Positions 40,521 to 51,204 are shown, counted from the stretch's first letter. The stretch is DNA of 64,000 nt from Atribacterota bacterium (GCA_030605615.1 JAUWHZ010000024.1:1680-65679), one strand, 5' to 3'. The notes: generated by a model from the sequence alone, not told the origin. Program-made: numbers and translations.

Positions 40521-41630
40521 TCAAATTTTTTTAATATACTCATAAATCAAGTTAACAATCTTCTCAGCTGAATTTACATTACTTAATTCTCCGCTCTTTT
40601 TAGCCATTATTTCTAATTGATTCTTATTTTTTAATAAATCAAGCAAAACCTTTGCCAGCTTTTTTCCAGATAAGTCTTTTTCTAAAATTAATTCCGCGGC
40701 TCCTTCTCTTTCTAAAACCCTAGCATTAATTTCCTGATGGTTATTGGTAGCATGGGGATAAGGTATTAAAATTGCAGGTAAACCATAAGTACTAATCTCA
40801 GCCAATGTTGTAGCCCCAGCCCGACAGATTGCTAAATCAGCCAAAGAATAAGCTTTTTCAATATTATAGAGATAAGGTTCTACAGAAAAAATATTATTAT
40901 CTTTTCCTATTATTTCAATAATTTTTTCATAATCATCAGATCCACTAATCAGTAAAACTTGCCATTGATTTTTTATAAAACCCTTGATTAAATTGACCCC
41001 TTTTACAACAGCCCTATTAATAGAAGCTGCCCCTTTACTGCCGCCAAATACTAATATAGTTTTTTTAAAAGAATTTAATTTAAATATTTGGTAATCTTTA
41101 TTGTTAACATGCTCTAAATTTTTAAACCTAATTGGATTACCGGTTAAAATTAATTTTGATTTCTTTTTAAAATATCTTCGTGATTGGTCAAAACTTAAAA
41201 ATATCGCTTTTACCATATGAGATAAGAATTTATTGGTAATCCCCGGTATCACATTTTGTTCATGAATAAAAGTTGGAATACCCAATAAAGCAGCCATTAA
41301 AACAACTGAACCACTTACATAACCACCTGTTCCAATAACTACATCCGGCTTATAATTTTTTATAATTTTATATGATTGGATTAAAGAAATAAAAAATATT
41401 ATGATTGCTATAAGATTTTCTAAACAAATTTTTCGTTGTATGCCTTGGGCCTTTATTTTGATAAATTTAAAACCTTCACGGGGAATAACTTTTGATTCTA
41501 ATCCTCTTTCGGTTCCTACAAATATAATATCATTATTAGCATTCCTGTCTTTTAACTCGTAAGCTAAACTAATTCCTGGATATATATGCCCCCCTGTTCC
41601 ACCCCCTGATATTACTACCTTTAAAGACAT
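40521..41630 (-). CDS. murG: Undecaprenyl-PP-MurNAc-pentapeptide GlcNAc transferase
   Basis: GGGTGGH, HEQN, GGSKG, RAGATT and HQEINA motifs. Confidence 0.98.
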   Translation of the reverse strand: MSLKVVISGGGTGGHIYPGISLAYELKDRNANNDIIFVGTERGLESKVIPREGFKFIKIKAQGIQRKICLENLIAIIIFFISLIQSYKIIKNYKPDVVIGTGGYVSGSVVLMAALLGIPTFIHEQNVIPGITNKFLSHMVKAIFLSFDQSRRYFKKKSKLILTGNPIRFKNLEHVNNKDYQIFKLNSFKKTILVFGGSKGAASINRAVVKGVNLIKGFIKNQWQVLLISGSDDYEKIIEIIGKDNNIFSVEPYLYNIEKAYSLADLAICRAGATTLAEISTYGLPAILIPYPHATNNHQEINARVLEREGAAELILEKDLSGKKLAKVLLDLLKNKNQLEIMAKKSGELSNVNSAEKIVNLIYEYIKKI

Positions 41631-41633
41631 TCA

Positions 41634-42749
41634 TTACACTCCATGTTCTTTTACTCTATACTGAGAAATATTCAATAAAATTCCCGCACAAAACATATTT
41701 ACAATTAATGATGAACCACCGTAACTAATAAAGGGTAAAGTAATACCGGTGGTGGGGATTATCTTGGTAACCACCCCAATATTTATAATACTCTGAAAAG
41801 TTATCATAGCAGTAATTCCGGCTGCTAATAGAGTTCCAAACTGATCTGCAGAATTAACTGCTATCCTAAATCCACGCCATAATAATACAATAAATAGAAC
41901 AATTATTACTAAAGTGCCAATAAATCCTAACTCTTCCCCAATTATTGAAAAAATAAAATCAGTATGTTGATCAGGAAGATAAAAAAATTTTTGCCTGCTC
42001 TCTCCTAATCCAATTCCAGAAATCCCGCCACTGCCTAAGGCTGTTAAGGATTGAATAATATGAAATCCACTATCTAAAGGGTCTTTCCAGGGATCCAGGA
42101 AAGAGAGTAATCTTATTCTTCTATATTCTTCTTTTAATAATATCAAAATCCCTACAGGGATAGCCGCTACCACCAAAGTAAAAAGTTGAATTACTTTAGT
42201 CCCACCGATAAATAACATAATAAAAGATATCCCTAAAATAATTAAAGCAGTACTAAAATCGGGTTCTTTTAAAATCAATAAAAATATTACTACCAGGATA
42301 ATAAGAGATGGTAATATCCCCTTGATAAATGTTTTTATTTCTTCAGAATGTTTCCTGGTTAATGATTCTGCCATATATAGAATTAATGCAAATTTGGCAA
42401 TTTCAGAAGGTTGAAAAGAAAAAAATCCTATTTTAACCCATCTTCTTGCCCCACCTGCAGATCTTCCAATTTCTGGAATAAATACTAAGGAGAGTAGTAT
42501 AATGGATAAAACCAAGATGGGCAGAGCAACCCTTTTATAGTAATGGTAATCGGTATATATAGCGAAAAAGAAAATTATCAAACCTATTATAGCATAAAGT
42601 ATTTGTCTTTTTAAAAAGAAATAACTATCTCCATACCATTTATAAGCCATAACATAACTTGAACTAAAAACCATACATACACCAATAGCCATCAGAATAG
42701 TAACTGCTATAAAAAGCCATAAATCAGGAGACTTTTTTTCTATTATCAT
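41634..42749 (-). CDS. ftsW: SEDS protein FtsW
   Basis: GARRW, QPSEIAK, HTDFIFS and LPFISYGGSS motifs. Confidence 0.96.
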   Translation of the reverse strand: MIIEKKSPDLWLFIAVTILMAIGVCMVFSSSYVMAYKWYGDSYFFLKRQILYAIIGLIIFFFAIYTDYHYYKRVALPILVLSIILLSLVFIPEIGRSAGGARRWVKIGFFSFQPSEIAKFALILYMAESLTRKHSEEIKTFIKGILPSLIILVVIFLLILKEPDFSTALIILGISFIMLFIGGTKVIQLFTLVVAAIPVGILILLKEEYRRIRLLSFLDPWKDPLDSGFHIIQSLTALGSGGISGIGLGESRQKFFYLPDQHTDFIFSIIGEELGFIGTLVIIVLFIVLLWRGFRIAVNSADQFGTLLAAGITAMITFQSIINIGVVTKIIPTTGITLPFISYGGSSLIVNMFCAGILLNISQYRVKEHGV

Positions 42750-42769
42750 TTCATTATAACCCCATATTT

Positions 42770-43053
42770 AGTCGTTAGTATAAATACAAGATGCAAGTTA
42801 ATCTAGTTATCCGGTTACCCAGTTTAGTTTGCCGGTTAAATTAGTCGATAGTCGTTAGTTTTTAGACAAAGGGAAGTAGTTTACAGTTTTCGGTTTTCAG
42901 TAAAAATAATCCCTAGTAATCACCTCTCCGCTTCCTGTCTGCAAACTTGCAACTCGAAACCTTAAACCCAAAACTTATTACTTATCACACATTACCCATT
43001 ACTATGTCCTAAACGCTATACGCTCTACGCTAATATACGCAATACACGATACT
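42770..43053. repeat. Repeat-filled spacer at the usual murD position
   Basis: Degenerate 7-8-mers such as agttatccggttaccc, acagttttcggttttc and aaacgct atacgct ctacgct. Confidence 0.55.
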
Positions 43054-44002
43054 AAATGCTGGCTATTCCGATAAGCGCTAAAATCGCTCCTGCTATCCAA
43101 AACCTGATAATAATCTTCGGTTCTTTCCATCCACAAAGCTCAAAATGATGATGAATGGGGCTCATCTTAAATATAATTTTTCTTCTTAATTTTACCGAAG
43201 TAACCTGAAATATCACCGATAAGGTCTCAAGCATAAATACTCCACCAATAATCAATAAAAATAATTCTGTTTTAGTAAATATTGCCACTGAAGCGAGTGC
43301 ACCGCCTAAAGCCAAAGAACCCACATCTCCTAAAAATATCTGTGCTGGATAAAAATTATAGATTAAAAAACCAAGAGAGATAAAAGCAACTATAAGAGCA
43401 AAGAGGCTCACGGACCAAGTATTTTGGATATAAGCAATTAAAGCAAAACTAATCATGGCAATAAATATTAAACCGGTAGCTAATCCATCCAAACCATCGG
43501 TTAAATTTACCGCATTAACCGAACTAATCAACACTAAAACTATAAAAGGAATAAACATTCTGCCTAAATTTATACTGTTTTTCAAAAAAGGGAGATAAAT
43601 TTCTGTACCCAAATCAGTGCTTTGTTGGACACAATACGCAACTATTAAAGCAAAGGCAATTTGAAGGAATAACTTTTGCATAGTAAGAAGACCTACTGAT
43701 CTTTTCCTAAAATATTTTATTAAATCATCCGTTAAGCCAATAATGCCAAAACCGACAGTGGTAATCAATGACCATATAATGTATTTATTATAAGGAACAA
43801 GAAATATAATAACCAATATCAAAGTAAGCATAATGACTATCCCGCCCATTGTAGGTGTACCCATTTTATGTTGATGGAGATCTGGCCCTTCCTGACGAAT
43901 CCTCTGCCCCATATTATATTTTTTTAAATATTTTATAAAAACTGGCAAAGTAATAAATGGAATTATAAAAGAAACTAAAACTATTAATGGCCAACTAACC
44001 AT
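43052..44002 (-). CDS. mraY: Phospho-MurNAc-pentapeptide transferase
   Basis: KMGTPTMGG, NLTDGLDG, FLGDVGS and PIHHHFE motifs; start reassigned to ATG 44002 overlapping the murF stop. Confidence 0.97.
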   Translation of the reverse strand: MVSWPLIVLVSFIIPFITLPVFIKYLKKYNMGQRIRQEGPDLHQHKMGTPTMGGIVIMLTLILVIIFLVPYNKYIIWSLITTVGFGIIGLTDDLIKYFRKRSVGLLTMQKLFLQIAFALIVAYCVQQSTDLGTEIYLPFLKNSINLGRMFIPFIVLVLISSVNAVNLTDGLDGLATGLIFIAMISFALIAYIQNTWSVSLFALIVAFISLGFLIYNFYPAQIFLGDVGSLALGGALASVAIFTKTELFLLIIGGVFMLETLSVIFQVTSVKLRRKIIFKMSPIHHHFELCGWKEPKIIIRFWIAGAILALIGIASI

Positions 44003-45449
44003 TCTGCCCTCCCGAATAAATTTGATTATTTTTTTTATATTCTTCTTGCCAGAATTGTAAAATTTCTTCCATTTGCATCTCACGAGAACCTTTTAATAAA
44101 ATAAAATCTCTCGGTCTAACTAAATACCTTAGTTTTTTAATTAAATGTTTCTTCTCGTTTTTCTTAAAAGAAAAAACTTGATCTTTTTTTGCTCCATTTT
44201 CTAAAAAAGATTGGGCAATTATCTTTCCTCTTTCGCCAACAGTTATTAGTGTATCAATGGACAATTTTGCTATTTCTTTTCCTATTTCGTGGTGATAAAA
44301 ATCAGCCTTTTCTCCTAATTCAAGCATATCTCCCAGGATAGCTATCTTTCTATGATTTTGAGCAACTTCTACTAAAGTTTCTAAGGCTTTTTTAACTGAT
44401 AAGGGGCTTGCATTATAGGAATCATTTAATATTTTAATACCATTATAAAAATTATTTACACACATATGCATATCTAATGGCTTAAAATCAACTAATCCTC
44501 TTTCAATTATATTCGATTCAACTTCTAAGGCAAAAGCAACTGCGGAAGCAGCAAGTGCGTTATAAATATTATACCTTCCTAATAAAGGGAAAAATATCTC
44601 TCGATTTTCAACATCTTTTATTTTAAGGGTAAACTTCATTCCTCTGTCACCGATCATTCTGATATTGCAAGCCATAATATCACTTTTATTCTCCAGGCCA
44701 AAGGTAATTATTTTCTTACCTTTAACAATTTCCAACATTTTTGAGAAATAAGGATCATCTCTATTTAAAACTGCAATTCCATCTTTACCTAATGAACGTA
44801 ATAACTCTGTCTTAGCTCTAAAAATATTATTTTTTGAGCCTAACAAGCCGATGTGAGCCTCTCCGATATTAGTAATTACTGCTAAATCAGGAGAAATAAA
44901 ATTAGTGAGAGTTTCTATTTCGCCCAATCCCCTCATTCCCATCTCTACCACTAATATTTTGTGTAGGTCATTAAGTTGTAACAGGGTGAGAGGGATTCCA
45001 ATTTCATTATTATAATTTCCGGAGGTTTTTAATAGGGGGAATTTCTGAGATAATATATGGGCAATAATTTCTTTAGTGGTCGTCTTGCCATTGCTCCCAG
45101 TAATACAGATATTAAAAGTTTTAAATTTATTTTTATAATACTTAGACCAATCTTGTAAGGCAGAAAGAGTATCATTTACTTCTATAATAATTTTATTTTC
45201 ATCTATTTTCTCTTTTTGAAATAAACTCTCAATATTTTTACAGACTACTGCTCCACTTGCTCCCTTATTAAAAGCTTCTATTATAAAATCATGTCCATCA
45301 AAGTGAGGTCCAATTATAGCAAAAAATAAATCACCAGGAACTAAAGTCCGGCTATCTATAGAAACCCTGTTTACCGTGGAATTTTGGTTACCCTGGATTA
45401 TCCTTCCTGAAGTAGCTTCTATTAATTCTATAACTTTATAGTCTTCCAA
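43995..45449 (-). CDS. murF: UDP-MurNAc-tripeptide D-Ala-D-Ala ligase
   Basis: TGSNGKTTTKE, NNEIG, DSYNASP, GDMLELG and KGSR motifs. Confidence 0.97.
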   Translation of the reverse strand: MEDYKVIELIEATSGRIIQGNQNSTVNRVSIDSRTLVPGDLFFAIIGPHFDGHDFIIEAFNKGASGAVVCKNIESLFQKEKIDENKIIIEVNDTLSALQDWSKYYKNKFKTFNICITGSNGKTTTKEIIAHILSQKFPLLKTSGNYNNEIGIPLTLLQLNDLHKILVVEMGMRGLGEIETLTNFISPDLAVITNIGEAHIGLLGSKNNIFRAKTELLRSLGKDGIAVLNRDDPYFSKMLEIVKGKKIITFGLENKSDIMACNIRMIGDRGMKFTLKIKDVENREIFFPLLGRYNIYNALAASAVAFALEVESNIIERGLVDFKPLDMHMCVNNFYNGIKILNDSYNASPLSVKKALETLVEVAQNHRKIAILGDMLELGEKADFYHHEIGKEIAKLSIDTLITVGERGKIIAQSFLENGAKKDQVFSFKKNEKKHLIKKLRYLVRPRDFILLKGSREMQMEEILQFWQEEYKKNNQIYSGGQNG

Positions 45450-45453
45450 TTTT

Positions 45454-46926
45454 TCATCTCTCCGTTAATATTTTTTTCACTACCTCTTCATCATTATGGT
45501 GAATTATTCTATTATGATAAACCTGCTCATTCTCAGGACCTTTCCCGGCTATCAAGACTATATCCCCTTCTTTAGCTTTTTTTAATGCATGCTTAATGGC
45601 TTTCTCTCTATCAGCTATAATAATATAATCTTTATTTGTTTTTTTAACTCCTGCTTCAATCTCTTGAGCAATCTTCAAGGGATCTTCGCTTTTAGGATTA
45701 TCTGCGGTTATTATTACATAATCACTATATGTTCCTATAACTTCTCCTATAGTAACTCTTACTTTATTATATTTCTCCCCCCCGTGTCCGAATACGGTAA
45801 TTATATTATGTTTAGCAAAATTGCTTAAATTCTGCAATATATTGCCTAATCCGTGATAATTGTGAGCAAAATCTATAACAATAGTATAATTCTGACCATA
45901 TTCAAGTAACTTATACCTTCCTGGAGCTCCATAAAATTTGCTCAAAGCTTGGGAAATTATATTAAGGGGGATATCCCGAGTAACAGCAGCTGCTATTGCA
46001 GCTAAAGTATTGTATATGTTGTATCTCCCACTAAAATTTAAAAATATCTCGGCATCTCCTACAGATGTTTCAACTATAAACGAAGAACTTTTAAGGTTCA
46101 TTTTTATATTTTTGGCTCTAACATCAGCTTCTTTTCTTATTCCATAAGTAATTAAATTAACCTCATTGCAATTTATAAAATCTTTACTATGCTCTTCATC
46201 AATATTAATTACCGCAAACTTTTTAGTAGCTTCTTTTTTGCTCTTGTTCAAACTTAAAAATAATTTCTTCTTTGCATTTAAGTAATTAGTAAAGTTTCCG
46301 TGTATTTCAAAATGTTCCCTGCTAATATTAGTTAAGATAGCTATATCAAAATTACATCCTTCTACTCGGGATAGTTGTAAAGCATGAGAAGACACTTCCA
46401 TTACAGCATAGTCATTCTTTTGTTCAACCATTTCTTTGAGGGTTTTTTGTAGATCGATTGATTCCATAGTAGTCATATGGGAGGAGTTAATATTATCACC
46501 AATTATATTTTGAGCAGTACCCAGGAGTCCTGTTTTAAAACCTGCTTCCTGGAAAATAGCTTTTAGCATATAAGTAATTGTAGTTTTACCGTTTGTGCCA
46601 GTAACTCCGATTAATTTTAATTTTCGGGAAGGAAATTCATAAAATTGATTAGCTAAAATCGCTAAAGCCTTACGACTGTCAGCTACTTTTATTACGGTAA
46701 TACCTGGTCGGGGATGAATTCCCCGTTCAACTACCAGAGCAATGGCACCTTTACTAATAGCCTCGTCAATAAAGCAATGTCCATCAAAAATAAAGCCTTT
46801 TATACATATAAACAAAAAACCTCTCGTTATTTTTCGAGAGTCGTGATAAATTCCTTTTACATCTAAATCTACATCACCAAAAATTTCTTTAACTTCCAAG
46901 TTAGTTATTAACTCGCTCAACTTCAT
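45454..46926 (-). CDS. murE: UDP-MurNAc-dipeptide diamino-acid ligase (divergent C-terminal motifs)
   Basis: TGTNGKTT, MEVSSH, DNPK and AGKG motifs; dcw position. Confidence 0.93.
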   Translation of the reverse strand: MKLSELITNLEVKEIFGDVDLDVKGIYHDSRKITRGFLFICIKGFIFDGHCFIDEAISKGAIALVVERGIHPRPGITVIKVADSRKALAILANQFYEFPSRKLKLIGVTGTNGKTTITYMLKAIFQEAGFKTGLLGTAQNIIGDNINSSHMTTMESIDLQKTLKEMVEQKNDYAVMEVSSHALQLSRVEGCNFDIAILTNISREHFEIHGNFTNYLNAKKKLFLSLNKSKKEATKKFAVINIDEEHSKDFINCNEVNLITYGIRKEADVRAKNIKMNLKSSSFIVETSVGDAEIFLNFSGRYNIYNTLAAIAAAVTRDIPLNIISQALSKFYGAPGRYKLLEYGQNYTIVIDFAHNYHGLGNILQNLSNFAKHNIITVFGHGGEKYNKVRVTIGEVIGTYSDYVIITADNPKSEDPLKIAQEIEAGVKKTNKDYIIIADREKAIKHALKKAKEGDIVLIAGKGPENEQVYHNRIIHHNDEEVVKKILTER

Positions 46927-46955
46927 AGAATAAATTACCTCTAATTTTCCTGATT

Positions 46956-47243
46956 CGTATATAGTATATCGTATTGCGTATTGCGTTTCAATTCAATCTC
47001 GTATTGCGTATTGCGTATCGCGTATTTCGTTTGTTTCCCCCTCACCCTAACCCTCTCCCCCGAAGGGGAGAGGAAATAAAAATTCAATATCTTCTAATTC
47101 ACTCTATACACTATTTAATATTCTGGCTACTGACTCCTGAATTCTGGCTCCTTTGAATTTCCTACACGCAAAACGCTATACGCTTTTTCTTCTTAACTAT
47201 ATACTATTTCTTCACGCGATACGCGATACGCAATACTCGATAC
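46956..47243. repeat. Inverted heptamer arms enclosing BoxC-like copy 2 (47037-47073)
   Basis: Left arm (cgtattg)n; right arm (atacgc[g/a])n; ttctggc units inside. Confidence 0.8.
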
Positions 47244-47245
47244 TA

Positions 47246-48928
47246 TTACTGATTGGGTGGAATTGATAAATAAGGGAGGGCTTTGGAAGCAATTTCTTTA
47301 AAGACCGGAGCTGCCACTGTACCACCATAATAGCTACCTTTGGGTTGATCTAATAAAACTAATATAGATATCTGGGGATTCTCAGCAGGAACATAACCTG
47401 CAAATAAGGAATTGTATTTATCATCAGAATACTTGCCGATAGAGAAATCAAATTTTTGGGCAGTCCCAGTTTTACCTGCTACTTGATAAGCTGTAAGATT
47501 AGCCCTTTTACCAGTTCCATCACTTACAACTTGTTCTAATATTTTAGTCATAGTTAAGGCTGTATCGACCGATATTACCTGTCTTATTGGTTTCGGTTTG
47601 AATATTTTAATTCTGTTTTGATTAGAATCCAAAATTTCTTTTACTATCATCGGTCTCATCAAAGTCCCTCTATTAGCTATGGCTGATACTGCCATTATTA
47701 ATTGAATTGGTGTTACTGAAATTTCCTGGCCTATAGACAAAGATGCTAAGGAAATCTTTGACCAATCCTTTGAACTTCTCACTAATCCATTTATTTCACC
47801 AGGTAAATTTATTTCAGTTAATGCCCCAAATCCAAACCTTCTTATAGATTTTTCAAAAACTTTTTCATCCAATCTTGTTCCAGTTTGAATTACTCCTACA
47901 TTACAGGAGTTCTTCACTATATCGGTAAGATCTTGTGAACCATGTTGGTGTATATCATGAAAAATATGTCCCTTATACTTCATCCATCCCTTGCAATAAA
48001 ACTGATCATCTAACTTGGCCACTCTTTCATTTAAGGCGGTAGCTATGGTAACAACTTTAAAGGTCGATCCTGGTTCATAGGCATCAGTAATTGCTCTATT
48101 CCTCCAGAGATCTTGAGAAAATTTATCAAAATAATTTGGATCATATGAAGGTCTTACTGCCATGGCTAATATTTCGCCAGTTTTAGGTTTTACCACAATA
48201 GCAACCCCGGCTTTCGCTTTGTATTTTTGAAAAGCTTTATCCAGGGCTTCCTCAGTAATATATTGTATGACTTCATCAATAGTTAAAACAATTGATTTTC
48301 CATCTCGATGGGCAGTTGGTTCCTTAATGCTAAGAGGTATCTTCCCTCCCGAGGCATCTCTTTCCAAAATTACCAAACCAGGTAAACCTTTTAATTCCTT
48401 ATCGAAAAATAACTCCAATCCCTCCAATCCTTGATTATCTATCCCCACAAATCCTAATAGATTAGAAGCTAAATAATTCTTAGGATAATATCTCTTGCTC
48501 TCATCTAAAAAATCCAAACCATCTAAATTTATTTTTTTAATCTTTGCAACTTCTGTATCTGTTAATTTCCTTTTTATCCACACAAAAGATCTTTTCTGGT
48601 TTAATTTATCCAGTACATCTTTTGTTTTCAAATTCAAAATTGAGGATATTTTTCGGGCAGTTTCTTGAGGATTTTTAACTTTAGAGGGAATAGCAAATAA
48701 GGATTGAACAGTAACATTTACAGCTAATTTCTTTAAATTTCTATCATAGATATTACCCCGTTCTCCTTCAATAGAGAAAGAAGTTAGATGTTCTTGTTGG
48801 GCAATTTCTTTAAACTTATTACTTTGAACAATTTGAATATTATATAGTCTATAAACCAATAAAAAATAAAAAACTATAAATACTATAAATAAAAAAGTTA
48901 TACGTTCTCTTTTTTCTTTAGAAAGCAA
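47246..48928 (-). CDS. ftsI: Class B penicillin-binding protein FtsI/SpoVD-like
   Basis: STFK, SCN and KTG catalytic motifs; RGNIYDRN and GLEGLE. Confidence 0.94.
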   Translation of the reverse strand: MLSKEKRERITFLFIVFIVFYFLLVYRLYNIQIVQSNKFKEIAQQEHLTSFSIEGERGNIYDRNLKKLAVNVTVQSLFAIPSKVKNPQETARKISSILNLKTKDVLDKLNQKRSFVWIKRKLTDTEVAKIKKINLDGLDFLDESKRYYPKNYLASNLLGFVGIDNQGLEGLELFFDKELKGLPGLVILERDASGGKIPLSIKEPTAHRDGKSIVLTIDEVIQYITEEALDKAFQKYKAKAGVAIVVKPKTGEILAMAVRPSYDPNYFDKFSQDLWRNRAITDAYEPGSTFKVVTIATALNERVAKLDDQFYCKGWMKYKGHIFHDIHQHGSQDLTDIVKNSCNVGVIQTGTRLDEKVFEKSIRRFGFGALTEINLPGEINGLVRSSKDWSKISLASLSIGQEISVTPIQLIMAVSAIANRGTLMRPMIVKEILDSNQNRIKIFKPKPIRQVISVDTALTMTKILEQVVSDGTGKRANLTAYQVAGKTGTAQKFDFSIGKYSDDKYNSLFAGYVPAENPQISILVLLDQPKGSYYGGTVAAPVFKEIASKALPYLSIPPNQ

Positions 48929-48972
48929 TAACTATTCCCGCCTTTTTTAGCTTTTATCGTTATACAAGTATA

Positions 48973-49413
48973 TTATCTTAATAGTGATGAAATCAAGTCA
49001 TTTAACTTCTTTAGGTCAAAACTAGCCCAAAAATATTTTTCTTTTTCATAACTATTGCTGATTACGCCGATATTTTCCCCTGGATTAATTTTAGGAGTAG
49101 GGAGCGAGGCAATAAATTCAACTTCTTTTGGTCTAATCATTCCTAAATGGTTACAAGCAATTTTTTCAATTCTATCTAAGGCAGAAAGAGTCTCTACGGT
49201 AAGTTCAAATTTTTTATTCTGTTCTTCTAATCTTATTTTACAATTTTCCAGTTCTATTAACTTATATCCCAACTCTGTTAATACGATATTATTAGAAATA
49301 TAAAAAATAATTACAGAAGTGACAAAAACTACTAACATTAAAAATGACCAACAAATAATTAAAGTACTTTTACCTTCGTAATTACCATTGGCTATCACCT
49401 TACTTCTTCTCAC
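48973..49413 (-). CDS. ftsL: Cell division protein FtsL
   Basis: TM helix plus coiled coil, RIEKIA..LGM; between rsmH and ftsI. Confidence 0.85.
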   Translation of the reverse strand: MRRSKVIANGNYEGKSTLIICWSFLMLVVFVTSVIIFYISNNIVLTELGYKLIELENCKIRLEEQNKKFELTVETLSALDRIEKIACNHLGMIRPKEVEFIASLPTPKINPGENIGVISNSYEKEKYFWASFDLKKLNDLISSLLR

Positions 49414-49491
49414 TATTTTATCACCCCTTTATATTTCGATTACTTTCTCACGGTCGCTTCTTACAACAGTATTAAATCATCAATTTTGCTA

Positions 49492-49527
49492 TTGGGTGGC
49501 ACTCAATATTACTTGAGTGCCACCCAA
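49492..49527. other. Perfect 15-bp inverted repeat between rsmH and ftsL
   Basis: ttgggtggcactcaa-tattac-ttgagtgccacccaa; no U-tract on the mRNA strand. Confidence 0.85.
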
Positions 49528-49545
49528 AATCAAACTACTGTTTAA

Positions 49546-50478
49546 TCAAGTTACAGGAATTATCTTTTCTGCTACTCTCAATTTGGCACTTCTTGCTTTA
49601 GGATTTTTCTTTACTTCCTCTAAAGAAGGCCTAATTGGTTTTTTGGTTAAAATTTTTAACCCATAATTCTTTTGCGCTATTCCTTCCCTTTTCACTTCTT
49701 TAAATAGGGTTTTAACTATCCTATCCTCTAATGAATGATATGAAATAACACAAATCCTGCCTTTATCATCTAAAACATTAATTGCTTGATTTAAACCTTT
49801 TTCTAAAGCCTTAAGTTCCTGGTTTACCTCTATCCTTATAGCCTGAAAAACTCTGGTGGCTGGATGAATTCTCCACTTTTTTCTCTTCTTAGTTTTAGGA
49901 AGGGCCCTTATTACTAAATCAGCTAATTGCCTGGTAGTAGTTATAGGCTTTTTTTGTCTTTCTGTAACGATCAACCGAGCAATTCTCTTAGAAAGACGTT
50001 CTTCTCCATATCTTTCAAATACACCGATTAGTTCTTTTTCTGTATATCTATTAATCAATATGCTTGCATCAAACTTTTGTGTTTGATCCATCCGCATATC
50101 TAAATGGCTATCTTCTCTAAAGCTAAATCCTCGTTCCTTCTCTTTTAGTTGGTGAGAGGACACTCCTAAATCAAAGATTATCCCCGATACTGCTTCCAAC
50201 TTTAAGTCAGATAGAATGTCTTCTAAATTTTTAAAATTACCTTTAACTAATTTCACTTTGCCAGGAAAATTTTTTAATTCTACTTTTGCTGCTTCAATTG
50301 CTTCTATATCCTGATCGATACCAATCAATAAACCATCAGGATATATATTTTTTAAAATAGCTTTTGAGTGTCCCCCACCTCCCAGGGTACAATCAATATA
50401 TACACCACCTCCTTTTTTGAAATTTAAATAGTGTAAAACTTCTTTTGTTAGCACAGGTATATGAAAGGAATTTATCAT
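49546..50478 (-). CDS. rsmH: 16S rRNA m4C1402 methyltransferase
   Basis: HIPVL, DCTLGGGGHS, DLGVSS, FQAIRIEVN and SYHSLEDR motifs. Confidence 0.98.
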   Translation of the reverse strand: MINSFHIPVLTKEVLHYLNFKKGGGVYIDCTLGGGGHSKAILKNIYPDGLLIGIDQDIEAIEAAKVELKNFPGKVKLVKGNFKNLEDILSDLKLEAVSGIIFDLGVSSHQLKEKERGFSFREDSHLDMRMDQTQKFDASILINRYTEKELIGVFERYGEERLSKRIARLIVTERQKKPITTTRQLADLVIRALPKTKKRKKWRIHPATRVFQAIRIEVNQELKALEKGLNQAINVLDDKGRICVISYHSLEDRIVKTLFKEVKREGIAQKNYGLKILTKKPIRPSLEEVKKNPKARSAKLRVAEKIIPVT

Positions 50479-50481
50479 AAA

Positions 50482-50913
50482 TTAACCTTCTTGCTCATAT
50501 ACCCTTTCCGCAATATCTTCATATGAACCTTCAATTTTATTGAAGTATCCTTGCCAAATATCTTTACTCCAGATTTCAAGCCTATCTAATACACCGATAA
50601 CCATAACTTCCCGTTTGACCCGGGCATAATCTCTTAAATATTTCATTATGATAACCCGGCCTTGATTATCCAGAGTACAACTGGCTGCCCGAGAAAAAAG
50701 TATTCTTTTAAATGCTCGGGCATCTTTTTGTCCTAAAGGAAGCAATTTTAATTTTTCAGCCAGAACTTTCCATTCTTCCAGAGGATATACAAAAAGACAA
50801 ACATCGAGGCCATAAGTAATAACAAAATTATCACCTAAGGGTTCCCTGTATTTTGAGGGTATAATTAATCTCCCTTTTTCATCAATAGTATGTTCATATT
50901 GCCCTAAAAACAT
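50482..50913 (-). CDS. mraZ: Transcriptional regulator MraZ
   Basis: MFLGQY..TIDEKGR, DNQGR and EIW motifs. Confidence 0.98.
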   Translation of the reverse strand: MFLGQYEHTIDEKGRLIIPSKYREPLGDNFVITYGLDVCLFVYPLEEWKVLAEKLKLLPLGQKDARAFKRILFSRAASCTLDNQGRVIIMKYLRDYARVKREVMVIGVLDRLEIWSKDIWQGYFNKIEGSYEDIAERVYEQEG

Positions 50914-50935
50914 AAATACTCCTTTATATTATATC

Positions 50936-50961
50936 CTCCACTATACTCCACTTTACTCCAC
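50936..50961 (-). promoter_or_regulatory. MraZ-binding direct repeats
   Basis: Three GTGGAG hexamers with a 10-bp period directly upstream of mraZ. Confidence 0.85.
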
Positions 50962-51163
50962 TTATTTATAGTATACTACATTTTTTTAAAAAACCCTCTT
51001 TTTTTTTGAAAATAATTTTATTTTTTTTAAAAAATTAGAAAATACCGCTTATTTAGTGTGTTTCGTATAATAGATACACCATTTTTCTTCATATTTTTGG
51101 GAAAAATAGAAGAGCAGACTTTAAGATTGATTTTTAAGAGGGATATTTTGAGGGGAAAAAAAT

Positions 51164-51204
51164 AAAAAAAGACATACAATAAAATATTTTACCGTATGTC
51201 TTTA
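51164..51204 (-). terminator. Terminator after rnpB
   Basis: aaagacatac...gtatgtcttt stem plus T-tract. Confidence 0.8.

Noticed and set aside
44003..44083. N-terminal extension of mraY
   Set aside because: Lies inside murF; ATG 44002 has SD GGAGG.
46974..47156. 60-aa ORF (RIAYR/PHPNPLP)
   Set aside because: Translation of heptamer and BoxC-like repeats; no SD.
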